A model generated the notes under the pieces. It saw only the letters and a program-made list of their open reading frames with translations. It made no database searches and was not told where the DNA came from. From contig NC_068981.1 in the NCBI RefSeq assembly GCF_001194135.2, positions 136,693,420-136,729,985 on the forward strand: DNA of 36,566 bases. Direction: 5' to 3'. Made by a program: the position numbers and the translations under genes. Positions within the stretch are counted from its first letter, which is position 1. Each line of letters begins with the position of its first letter. Below, one piece after another: positions 20,321 through 31,013 of the stretch. Source of the stretch: Octopus bimaculoides. Taxonomy: Eukaryota.

Positions 20321-21032
20321 GCAGATATGCTTAATGTTGACACTACACACTTGTCACTACCTGAGCCAAATGGTGATGTTGTTGGCATTTCTGGTTGACA
20401 AGCCTGGTCACTCTACCCTGGAATAAAATATCTCTTGCTCAGTAACAAAAAAAAACAAAAACAAAAAAAAAACAAGAATAACAAAATCCTGGTTCTAACT
20501 CCAGAAGTAGATCCAAGAATAAGAAAATAATAATTCAAAGCAATCAGTTATTTCAGATATGAAGGAAGCATATCTATAGGATAACACCTTTCTTTGTGAA
20601 CAACGCATAGCTAAAACCTTTCACAAATTCTTCACCTCACAATCTCTGCTGAGTTTCCTTGACAACCACACATCACACACATCAATGAGCATAAACATGA
20701 CTGTATGGTTAGGTTTGACCTCAACTGGATCAGAGCTGATATAGGACTAAACAACAACAAAGCAACATCATCATCAGGCCTACAAAGGTTCACACAAAAC
20801 ATCTCACAAATTCTTTGTACTATGTAATAAAAGATAATTAGGAATACGTTTGGCAATGTAATAATACAACACCATAAAACAGACATTCTTAATCATTGTG
20901 CCACGAAGTATCTACAGGTGTGCTGCAAGTGTTTGAGGCAAGTCGGAAAATGCCTGTCATATTAGTTTAGAATTTGCCACTGTTTGAAACAGTTGTAAGA
21001 AGACTAATTGTTTGGGACATAATTATCTTAGT

Positions 21033-21039
<7 letters not shown>

Positions 21040-21079
<40 letters not shown>

Positions 21080-21127
21080 NNNNNNNNNNNNNNNNNNNNN
21101 NNNNNNNNNNNNNNNNNNNNNNNNNNN

Positions 21128-21168
<41 letters not shown>
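21040..21168. repeat. (GA)n and (GT)n microsatellites flanking a gap
   Basis: Direct reading. Confidence 0.95.
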
Positions 21169-21169
<1 letters not shown>

Positions 21170-21621
21170 ATTTTTTGACCCTGAACTTCAACAATAATTT
21201 GAATTCAAGTCACACAAGCATTTTTTAAAATGAAAAGGTTGTTGTGGGATCCATGAAATCAAATGATTCACTTTGATACATTTTTTTTACTAAAATGATA
21301 TCTTGATGTTGTTTAAAGTACTTTTGCACTGTTAGTTGAGGAAAATTTGTTTTTTACAGAAATTTTATAATATAATATTTTGATAGTATTTCATAGAAAT
21401 TATGTCAAATACTTTCATTTCATTTCTCACATTTTTTCCCTACATCTATATAAAATATAAGATAGTCTGTCAATAGTAAAAAATCATTCATCTTTTATGT
21501 CAGTTATCATTTTACTTCTCTTTGAGAAGTTTTATCTTTTACTTTCGTAAAAAAAACTATTTTCTTAAGACTGCATCCTTATCCATATTACAACAGATTA
21601 AGTAAACAGTTTAAGTTTCAA

Positions 21622-21962
21622 GAAGGTGCATGGCTCAGTGGTTAGAATGTCAGGCTCACAATTATGAGGTAGTGAGTTCAATTTCTGGCCCAGGCTATGT
21701 GTTCTGTTCTTGAGCAAGACCCTTTATTTCATGTTGCTCCAATTCAGTCAGCTGTAGAAATGAGTTGCGACGTCACTGGTGCCAAGCTGTATTGGCCTTT
21801 GCCTTTCCCTTGGATAATATCAGTGGCATGGAGAGGGAAGGCTGGTATGCATGGGCGACTGCTGGCCTTCCATTAACAATCTTGCCTGGGCTTGTGCCTT
21901 AGAGGAGAACTTTCGAGGTGCAATCCCATGATCATTCATGACCAAATGGGCTCTTTACTCTT
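21622..21962 (+). mobile_element. SINE family B, full length
   Basis: Colinear with 17246-17584. Confidence 0.85.
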
Positions 21963-22510
21963 AAGTTCTAACCAACAATACACAATTAACAGATACAATT
22001 AATCGTTATTAAACACTGTCAGGCCTATCCAGACAACTTTATTTTCCATACATGTTATCATTAAAGAAGGACCATTTCAAAGATAGGAAAAAAAAAATTA
22101 GTAAAGAACTATCAACAAAAATATAAATAGACAGAGAAGGGAAACTGGAGAAATAGTAAAGAAGGAGAGTTGGTAATTCAAGATACCCAATGTGAAGAAA
22201 GCAACTGAAAAATTGAGAGAGAGAGAGTGAGAGAGAGAGATTGTAGAGCTAGAGCAAAATTTAAATATGGCTAATGGGTTTTGCAATGTAACAAAAATTC
22301 CTATAATTCATTTATATGAATGCATGATAGAAAGCAACATTGTTATAGAAGGTGAGCATTATAGAACATTATAGAAAATATGTCATTGTGCCAAGAATTA
22401 AACTGACTCCTTCTGGCACCACTTTACCATTCACCCTTATGTTCTTCATGTAGTTTCCAATTTGAGTGGCTTTCACAATGCCAGTCAATAAATCATTATG
22501 TCAATCATAC

Positions 22511-22619
22511 AGTAAAATAGCTATGTTGTTGTTGTTCTCAAACTGATCTATTTCTGCATGGACAATTGTTTGTAGCTCTGTCAAGAAGTATATGAAGTGA
22601 TACAAGTATAATGACATTG
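22511..22619 (-). CDS. Candidate coding exon, phase 1-2, MSLYLYHFIYFLTELQTIVHAEIDQFENNNNIAIL(L)
   Basis: Strong acceptor TTTTTTTTTCTTTGCAG, donor GTATGA, 109 bp, one frame open. Confidence 0.4.
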
Positions 22620-22767
22620 CTGCAAAGAAAAAAAAAGTCTCCGATATTACATACACATAAGTTTTCCAATGTTAAAACTTCTTAACTTTTATATCATCTG
22701 GGTATATAATTATTTAGATAAATAAATATATACATACATACATACACACATATAAATATATATCTTT

Positions 22768-22911
22768 GCACAGGCACGGCTATGTGATAAGAAACTTGCT
22801 TCCCAACCACATATTTCTGGGTTCAGTCCCACTGCATGACACTTCTACTATAGCCTTAGGCTGACCAAAGCCTTCTGAATGGATTTGGTAGACGGAAATT
22901 GAAAGAACCTG

Positions 22912-22953
<42 letters not shown>

Positions 22954-23252
22954 TGGTGTGTGTGTGTGTGTGTGTGTGGTGTGTGTGGTGTGTGTGTGTG
23001 TGGTGTGTGTGCGTGCGCATGCACACATGTTTGTCCCGTACCACAACTTGACAAATGGTATTGGTCTATTTACATTCCAGTAACCTGGTGGTTCGGCAAA
23101 AGAGATCAATACAATAAGTACCAGGTTTAACATTAAAAAAATGAAATGGAAATGGGTCGATTCATTTGACAAAAAAAAAAAAAAAAAAATTCAAGGTGGC
23201 GCTCCAGCATGGTCACAGTCTAATGACTGAAACAAGTAAAAGATAAAAGATA
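22768..23252 (+). mobile_element. SINE family A, full length
   Basis: Head, central domain, (GT/GGT)n linker, 3' module ending GAAACAAGTAAAAGATAAAAGA. Confidence 0.9.
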
Positions 23253-23279
23253 TGTTTTAGTATTTATTTTATATTCTCA

Positions 23280-23890
23280 CACACAGCTTCTACAGAACAT
23301 GAAAATGACATGAGATGGTTATCTCAATGGTAAATGTATTCTAGGCTTTATGAAGGGAGAAATTGTTTTCTTTTCATATCTGAAGAGTCAGGACTGGCTG
23401 ACCTACTCAGTAATGAGACATGGTGTTAATATAGTTTCATTTTTAGTTGATATCCTCTAAGCACTGAATGCCCTCAACAAGGGTATGCAGAGAAAAATTG
23501 AACATATTCTTGCTTGTACTGACAAAACTAATTCTTTTAACCCTTTAGCATTCAGATTACTCTGCCAAATTTAACGCCTATTAATTCATATTGTTTTGAA
23601 TTAATCATGCACTATCTTATAACTCCAAGGTTTCGATGCTGAGATTGCTTATTATCAAAATCACATTGTAGGGTAGGTGTGAGACACCAGATCTAGTCAG
23701 TTTGAGCATAAAACTGATAGAATATTTTGGCTGGATAGATATGACCGGTTTAAATGCTAAAGGATTAAAGGAAAGAAAATAAGCATTGTGGAGAACCAGA
23801 ATAAAAAGAGAGTGAGGAAAAGAACTGAAATGTTTGAGCTAACAAAATCTTGTAAACTGGACAAAACTGAGTTAATCTTACTAAGTTAAA
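23280..23890 (+). pseudogene. Fossil hAT (Charlie/Buster/SPIN-type) transposase fragment
   Basis: Across stops and frameshifts: MRWLSQ..SRLYE..LADLLSNETWC..VSFLVDIL*ALNALNKGMQ..ILACTDKTNSFKGK..ALWRTRI..EMFELT, matching the RWLSxG..LxRxxEL / W..LAYLxDIF..LNxLN..LQG / DKI..FK.KL.LW pattern. Confidence 0.75.
23537..23768. mobile_element. TTAA-CCCT (piggyBac-type) MITE inserted in the hAT remnant
   Basis: TTAA CCCTTTAGCATT ... AATGCTAAAGGA TTAA; removing it and one TTAA restores AAT TCT TTT AAA GGA AAG (NSFKGK). Confidence 0.85.
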
Positions 23891-23909
23891 CACTGCTTAG
23901 TAACATATA

Positions 23910-24090
23910 TTAAACCCTTTAGCATTCAGATTACTCTGTCAAATGCTATGCTTATTTATTCACATTGTTTTGAATTAATCATCAGCTTCAAGATTTCAAT
24001 AATGAGATTGTTTCTTTTTAGAAAGACATGGTAGGGTAGGTGAGAGAATATTTGGGCTGGATATGGCTGGTTTAAATGTTAAAAGGTTAA
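23910..24090. mobile_element. Second copy of the same MITE, internally shorter
   Basis: TTAAACCCTTTAGCATTCAGATTACTCTG ... TAAATGTTAAAAGGTTAA, colinear with 23537-23768. Confidence 0.8.
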
Positions 24091-25939
24091 ATGGTATTTT
24101 TTATGGATTCAGTGAAAGATTCATTTATGTTTAATGTGTTCCAATCAGTAAAATTTAATGTTTGTGCTCAAGGAGACCCAACCACAATAGCAAAAATGAT
24201 GTCCTAAAAGCAGCGTATGTGTGTAGCCCATTCTACTCCACCAAGCATTCCCCTCCATCTATGGCACTAATAGGTGACTGCCACCACTCAGGAGCAGAAT
24301 CGCATATGTCACCCCCCCCCCATTTCTTTTGCACTATCAGTTACCTCCTCCTTCCTAGTACTCCCTTCCAGCCACTTAGCCATAGGGTCTTCTCTCTTTC
24401 TTGCTCCTTTCTGTCTTGCAACTAATTTGGCAATGCCACTAGTGCCGGTGGTATGAAAAAAAGCACTCAATAAACAGTATAAAGGATTATATAATGTACA
24501 AGTATAAAGAAAGAATTAATGAAAAAAGGACTCATTATATTGAATGTTATTAATAATATCACGTGGAAATAGGAGATGCTGCAGTNNNNNNNNNNNNNNN
24601 NNNNNNNNNNNNNNNNNNNNNNNNNNNNNNNNNNNNNNNNNNNNNNNNNNNNNNNNNNNNNNNNNNNNNNNNNNNNNNNNNNNNNNNNNNNNNNNNNNNN
24701 NNNNNNNNNNNNNNNNNNNNNNNNNNNNNNNNNNNNNNNNNNNNNNNNNNNNNNNNNNNNNNNNNNNNNNNNNNNNNNNNNNNNNNNNNNNNNNNNNNNN
24801 NNNNNNNNNNNNNNNNNNNNNNNNNNNNNNNNNNNNNNNNNNNNNNNNNNNNNNNNNNNNNNNNNNNNNNNNNNNNNNNNNNNNNNNNNNNNNNNNNNNN
24901 NNNNNNNNNNNNNNNNNNNNNNNNNNNNNNNNNNNNNNNNNNNNNNNNNNNNNNNNNNNNNNNNNNNNNNNNNNNNNNNNNNNNNNNNNNNNNNNNNNNN
25001 NNNNNNNNNNNNNNNNNNNNNNNNNNNNNNNNNNNNNNNNNNNNNNNNNNNNNNNNNNNNNNNNNNNNNNNNNNNNNNNNNNNNNNNNNNNNNNNNNNNN
25101 NNNNNNNNNNNNNNNNNNNNNNNNNNNNNNNNNNNNNNNNNNNNNNNNNNNNNNNNNNNNNNNNNNNNNNNNNNNNNNNNNNNNNNNNNNNNNNNNNNNN
25201 NNNNNNNNNNNNNNNNNNNNNNNNNNNNNNNNNNNNNNNNNNNNNNNNNNNNNNNNNNNNNNNNNNNNNNNNNNNNNNNNNNNNNNNNNNNNNNNNNNNN
25301 NNNNNNNNNNNNNNNNNNNNNNNNNNNNNNNNNNNNNNNNNNNNNNNNNNNNNNNNNNNNNNNNNNNNNNNNNNNNNNNNNNNNNNNNNNNNNNNNNNNN
25401 NNNNNNNNNNNNNNNNNNNNNNNNNNNNNNNNNNNNNNNNNNNNNNNNNNNNTATATATATATATATATATATATATCTATAAAGCAGATAATGCTAATA
25501 AGACAATGATTAACTTTTTATCATTGTACTATTAATTTAGAGATGAGAATGCACTCAGTGCACTAAATAACTTGATTCCAAGACTTTTGTAAGATCATGG
25601 CAGTTCTACATGAAGCTTATGTGCACAACTTGTTAGTACAATCAAAGTCAGGTCTAAATTAAGTTGTACAGTATTTCTTTCAGGCACCACACTAGTGCAT
25701 GTGGTATATATCTTTGTGTATATCTTTTGAAGCAAAATGCAGCACATTTGCCCATCTGTTTTAAATACAATTTAGTTTTTTATATCATAATTTTTTTTCA
25801 AAAGCTTGTGTTATGTTGCAGCACATCTAATATCTGATTCAATGTGCCATAAACTGAAAAACAGTTGAAAACTGTTGCCCTAGAATTTCAAATTAAGTGG
25901 AGCAAAAATATGTCCCTTTAACATCATCTTCAAAGCAAT

Positions 25940-26030
25940 GTTGTTGTTTAGCCCCAGGTCAGCAGAGTATAAGCCAACTTATGATCAGTGGCATTCCAGT
26001 CTTGAGCAACTCAACTTTTGTAAAGCGGTT
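25940..26030 (-). mobile_element. Retroposon family F, 3' end with (AAC)n tail
   Basis: TTGTTGTTTAGCCCCAGGTCAGC..ACTTATGATCAGTGGCATTCCAG. Confidence 0.55.
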
Positions 26031-26234
26031 CTAAGACTAAGTCATTTTATGTCTCCTTCCCATTTCAAGATAGCTTCATGTAATTTGAGAAGGGTTCTTT
26101 CATTGGGACCCTTCAAAGAATAGTAAAGAAATACGCTAGACACAAAAAGGTTAAATAAACAAAACTCTTGTGCGAGATTTTCAGTCATCCTCTTTTCAAT
26201 GTTAGAATATATTGTTTGAATACACACACACACA

Positions 26235-26453
26235 CGAGGCGGTGCTGAAAAGTTCCTAGCTTTAAGGGTGTCACAAAAGGCTTGGTTGGAAGCCCAGCCT
26301 TCCAAGTTCTTTTACAGGGTTTAGAAAAACTGAAGGACCACTGCAATAAGTGTGTGAATCTGAGAGGGGAATATGTTGAATAAAATCATAATTCACTGAT
26401 CCCCCTGCATTTTCTCTTACCCAAAGCCAGGAACATTTTAGCACCCCCACTCA
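26235..26453 (+). mobile_element. Mariner-derived MITE (internal deletion derivative)
   Basis: TIR-like ends CGAGGCGGTGCTGAAAAGTTCCTAGCTTT and AAAGCCAGGAACATTTTAGCACCCCCACTCA, then TA; retains transposase C-terminus QGLEKLKDHCNKCVNLRGEYVE*. Confidence 0.8.
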
Positions 26454-26617
26454 TACCTGTATATATACACGTGTGTGTGTATGTGTGTGAGAATGAAATG
26501 ACTGGTCTTGGCTGTTTCAACACTGGCAATTTGATACAACTGACTGGACATTGAAACAGCTTTGAGGGCTTTTAGCAGGACAGTTCTTTTTGGTACCAAA
26601 GGCAAACACATGGATGT

Positions 26618-26787
26618 CATCATCATCATCATCATCATCATCGTTTAACGTCCGCTTTCCATGCTAGCATGGGTTGGACGATTTGACTGAGGACTGGTGA
26701 GCCAGGTGGCTACACCAAGCTCCAATCTGATTTGGCAGAGTTTCTACAGCTGGATCCCCTTCCTAACGCCAACCACTCTGAGAGTGT
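26618..26787 (-). mobile_element. Young RTE-type LINE 3' end running into a gap
   Basis: Near-identical reverse complement of 70-239. Confidence 0.85.
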
Positions 26788-27974
26788 NNNNNNNNNNNNN
26801 NNNNNNNNNNNNNNNNNNNNNNNNNNNNNNNNNNNNNNNNNNNNNNNNNNNNNNNNNNNNNNNNNNNNNNNNNNNNNNNNNNNNNNNNNNNNNNNNNNNN
26901 NNNNNNNNNNNNNNNNNNNNNNNNNNNNNNNNNNNNNNNNNNNNNNNNNNNNNNNNNNNNNNNNNNNNNNNNNNNNNNNNNNNNNNNNNNNNNNNNNNNN
27001 NNNNNNNNNNNNNNNNNNNNNNNNNNNNNNNNNNNNNNNNNNNNNNNNNNNNNNNNNNNNNNNNNNNNNNNNNNNNNNNNNNNNNNNNNNNNNNNNNNNN
27101 NNNNNNNNNNNNNNNNNNNNNNNNNNNNNNNNNNNNNNNNNNNNNNNNNNNNNNNNNNNNNNNNNNNNNNNNNNNNNNNNNNNNNNNNNNNNNNNNNNNN
27201 NNNNNNNNNNNNNNNNNNNNNNNNNNNNNNNNNNNNNNNNNNNNNNNNNNNNNNNNNNNNNNNNNNNNNNNNNNNNNNNNNNNNNNNNNNNNNNNNNNNN
27301 NNNNNNNNNNNNNNNNNNNNNNNNNNNNNNNNNNNNNNNNNNNNNNNNNNNNNNNNNNNNNNNNNNNNNNNNNNNNNNNNNNNNNNNNNNNNNNNNNNNN
27401 NNNNNNNNNNNNNNNNNNNNNNNNNNNNNNNNNNNNNNNNNNNNNNNNNNNNNNNNNNNNNNNNNNNNNNNNNNNNNNNNNNNNNNNNNNNNNNNNNNNN
27501 NNNNNNNNNNNNNNNNNNNNNNNNNNNNNNNNNNNNNNNNNNNNNNNNNNNNNNNNNNNNNNNNNNNNNNNNNNNNNNNNNNNNNNNNNNNNNNNNNNNN
27601 NNNNNNNNNNNNNNNNNNNNNNNNNNNNNNNNNNNNNNNNNNNNNNNNNNNNNNNNNNNNNNNNNNNNNNNNNNNNNNNNNNNNNNNNNNNNNNNNNNNN
27701 NNNNNNNNNNNATATTTTAGTACCTGTGATTACAAATTGCCAACTAGGATAAAAACAAAATTTTCATAGTGACAAAAGATTAAGGAGACAAAATGTCTGA
27801 TATCAAATAAGCCAATGTCAAATTAGTGATGTCAAATAGCTAGGGCCAAAACAGCTATGCCAAAATGTCTCATGCCCAAAGTATTATTATATTTGCCAAA
27901 TTTAGGGAATTAGATATTAACACTTCAACATCAGTTGTCAAGCAGTGGGGGGGGGGTACAAATACATGCATGCA

Positions 27975-28145
27975 CACACATATATGACAGGAGTCTTTCA
28001 GTTTCTGTCTTCCAAATCCACTCACAGGGCTTTGGTCAGCCTGAAGCTATAGTAGAAGATACTTGCTCAAGGTGCCACATAGTGGTACTGAGTTTAGAAC
28101 CATGTGGTTGGGAAGCAAGCTTATTACCACATAACCATGTCTGCA
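27975..28145 (-). mobile_element. SINE family A, 5' half
   Basis: CTTTCAGTTTCTGTCTTCCAAATCCACTCACAGGGCTTTGG..CTTATTACCACATAACCATG. Confidence 0.8.
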
Positions 28146-28604
28146 CTTTATATATATATAGAGAGAGAGAGAGATAGATATAAATATGTACGTACATATG
28201 TGCGTGTGGGTGTGTGCATGTGTGTGAGTGTATAATAGTATTAGGATACTTTCTCCTAAAGCAAATGTATTTCAACAATTAAAATGGAATGGCATTTATT
28301 TTACAAGCTGGGTGGAATTAGGTAACCCATTAATTGGATTTCAGGATATCACAATAGTTTTTACTTTACTATGTTATGTACAGTCCAGTCATTATATTAC
28401 ATCCCATAACTACCATATGTAAACAGAGCTGAAAGCAGTGGCCTTGTGCATAGGATAGAAATCAATGTAAGAGAGGAAAAGGAGGGAGGGGGAGAGAGAG
28501 AGAGAGAGAAAGAAAAGAGAGAGAAAGAAGGCATAGGCACACATTTTATATTTAAATCATAGAAATGGAAAAATTATGTCAGTAAACAAATATAAACAGG
28601 CGCA

Positions 28605-28908
28605 GGAGTGGCTGTATAGTAAGTAGCTTGCTTACCAACCACATTGTTCCAGGTTCAGTCCCACTGTGTGGCAACTTGGGCAAGTGTCTTCTACTATAGT
28701 CGTGGGCCGAGGAAAGCTTTGTGAGTAGACTGGTAGATGGAAACTGAAAGAAGCTTGTCAGATATATATATNNNNNNNNNNNNNNNNNNNNNNNNNNNNN
28801 NNNNNNNNNNNNNNNNNNNNNNNNNNNNNNNNNNNNNNNNNNNNNNNNNNNNNNNNNNNNNNNNNNNNNNNNNNNNNNNNNNNNNNNNNNNNNNNNNNNN
28901 NNNNNNNN

Positions 28909-28940
<32 letters not shown>

Positions 28941-29014
28941 AGTGTTAGGTGTGATGTACAAAAGTAAATATTGAAAAAAAAGGTCGTCAGAATTTTGGAA
29001 TAACTTCTTTCATT

Positions 29015-29051
<37 letters not shown>

Positions 29052-29260
29052 AAGTGTGTCTGTGTTTGTCCCCCTACCATCACTTGATAACCGATGTTGG
29101 TGTGTTTACATCCCCATATCCCAGTGGTTCGGCAAAAGAGACCAATAGAATAAGTACTAGGCTTACAAAGAATAAGTCCTAGGGTCAATTTGCTTGACTA
29201 AAGGTGGTGCTCCAGCATGGCCACAGTCAAAAGACTGAAACAAGTAAAAGAGTAAAAGAG
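28605..29260 (+). mobile_element. SINE family A with an expanded, gapped linker
   Basis: Head at 28605-28771, 3' module at 29050-29260. Confidence 0.8.
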
Positions 29261-29264
29261 ATGA

Positions 29265-29410
29265 GAGTTAACAAAGGAGTCTCTGAGAGGCTGCTGCATC
29301 TGCTAGAAATAGTGATCAAATCTCCTTTATATCAGACCCCAATCATTTTAAAAAGAGGGATGGTTACTGTGGATAATATAGTCCTAAATACAATGAAAGA
29401 ATATTTTAAA
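29265..29410 (+). mobile_element. Retroposon family F fragment
   Basis: AACAAAGGAGTC..CTGCTAGAAATAG..AAAAAGAG..GGATAATATAGTCCT; start matches 35568. Confidence 0.5.
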
Positions 29411-29476
29411 GTAGAGGCAGGTTATTTAGTTTCAGTCTGTATTTTCAACAGTGAATGTGTATGTGTACATATATAT

Positions 29477-29828
29477 GCAAGTGTGGCTGTGTAGTAAGAA
29501 GTTTGCTTCCCAATTACATGGTTGCAGGTTCAGTCCCACCGTGTGGCACCTTGGGCAAGCGTCTTCTACTATAGCCTTGGGATGACCAAAGCCTAGTGAG
29601 TGGATTTAGTAAACAGAAACCTTATATTTCCCTCTCAAATGGTAACTGAAAAAGCTCATCGTGTATATGTATGTGTCTGTTTGCCACCATCACTTGACAA
29701 CTGGTGTCGGTTTGTTTATGTTCCCGTAACTTAACGGCTCAGCAAAAGAAACTGATAGCATAAGTAGCAGGCTTAAAATAAAAGTACTGGAGTTGACTCA
29801 ACTAAAAGTCAAATGACTGAAACAAGAT
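29477..29828 (+). mobile_element. SINE family A, full length with small indels
   Basis: Head with B box GGTTCAGTCCC through AGTCAAATGACTGAAACAAG. Confidence 0.85.
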
Positions 29829-29882
29829 TTATATATATATATATAAATTTAAAGAATGGAATAAACGCATGTTATAACTGCA

Positions 29883-29980
29883 TACTTTTATTCCGACATA
29901 TGTTTCGAAGAATTACAATTTATGCGATCCATAGGAATCGGCGATGTTAAAAATGTAAACTTCTCCTCAGGGAAAAGTAT
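29883..29980 (-). ncRNA. Type I hammerhead ribozyme of the PLE type
   Basis: Minus strand: stem I ATACTTTTCC, core CTGAGGA (29970-29964), stem II GAAG..CTTC, GAAAC (29906-29902), palindromic ACATATGT stem III, GTC cleavage triplet (29897-29895), stem I partner GGAA-TAA-AAGTAT. Confidence 0.8.
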
Positions 29981-30016
29981 GGGAACCAGCTTAAACGTAA
30001 GACATTATAATCAAAT

Positions 30017-31013
30017 ATGAGAACTATAGTTGGAGAAGGTTATAACGTAATTCATTTGAAAAAACCGTTGGAGATTAGAACGCTACCAGATAATAATGAT
30101 AATAACCAGCCAAATATTTCTTCACGAAATAGGGGAAGTAACCGTCGGTTTAAACCCTTTTTCAACAATAATAATAATAATAATAATAATAAACTGAAAC
30201 TTTTTAGAAATAATACTAGCAAATATTCTAAACCAGATTCCAATAAAAATGTCTGGATGATACTACCTTTTAGTAAGAATGTAAAATCAAACTTGGTCTC
30301 CCAGTTCTAAAATGCTGTTAATAAGAATTTTCCAAAACATTCTCATTACTTCCCAGTCATAAATACGCACAGGGTTAGATTCGGTTTCTCTAACACGAAA
30401 AACATCTCACAAATAATATCCGCACACAATATGAGGCTTTTACATCCGCAAGAGAGTACCAACAGTAATAGCATTAAGCCAGACATTATTAACCTTTACC
30501 ATAATAGCAATAATAACACTAATAATAAACCAAGGAACAATAATTATAACATGATTTATAATAGTAACAGTCATAACAACAAAATCATTATTTCTGAAGT
30601 TAATAGCAAAAGAATTAGTTTTTTAAGTGATAATGCCAAACTCAAAAACACTATATATCAATGCCAAGTTAGTACTCCTACAGGTGTTTCTTTTTATATT
30701 GGATCGTCCTCTTCACCAATATCCTCAAGAATTTCTAATCATTTTTCTTCTTTTAGAGCCAGAAAAGAAACGAAATACCACGAGCCTTAGTAAATTAATT
30801 TGGGAACTTAAAGACAATAACATAAAATTTAAACTAGAATGGCTTATTCTTTCAATTTCTAGGCCATATGAAAAGGGTGGAAGATTCTGTTCTTTATGTA
30901 ATACCAAAATTTTCTTCATATTATTTTCAAAGAATAAACTGGTAAACACGTTCATTGAAAACTCTTACAGATGTAAACATTGGCAGCAACACGTGTTTAC
31001 AGCGTTTAAATAA
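30017..31013 (+). pseudogene. PLE ORF C-terminal half (RT thumb end, linker, GIY-YIG endonuclease) with one stop and one frameshift
   Basis: WMILPFSKNVKSNLVSQF*NAVNKNFPKHSHYFPVINTHRVRFGFSNTKNISQIISAHN; TIYQCQV..SFYIG..R..H; after the shift near 30775, TTSLSKLIWELK..W.I..PY..CSLC..N..E..RCKH. Confidence 0.85.

Noticed and set aside
20636-20746. Candidate minus-strand exon SYISSDPVEVKPNHTVMFMLIDVCDVWLSRKLSRDCE
   Set aside because: Its acceptor tract is the antisense of a family F (AAC)n tail and part of the exon matches that repeat's 3' end; two frames are open. Exonisation is not excluded but is unsupported
26042-26230. Minus-strand frame ..NLFVSSVFLYYSLKGPNERTLLKLHEAILKWEGDIK*
   Set aside because: No donor, no recognisable family, only a vague resemblance to LINE RT upstream motifs
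30017-31013. Host GIY-YIG nuclease gene (SLX1 or ANKLE1-like)
   Set aside because: Intronless, disrupted, and carries the PLE linker and an adjacent hammerhead, so a retroelement origin fits better
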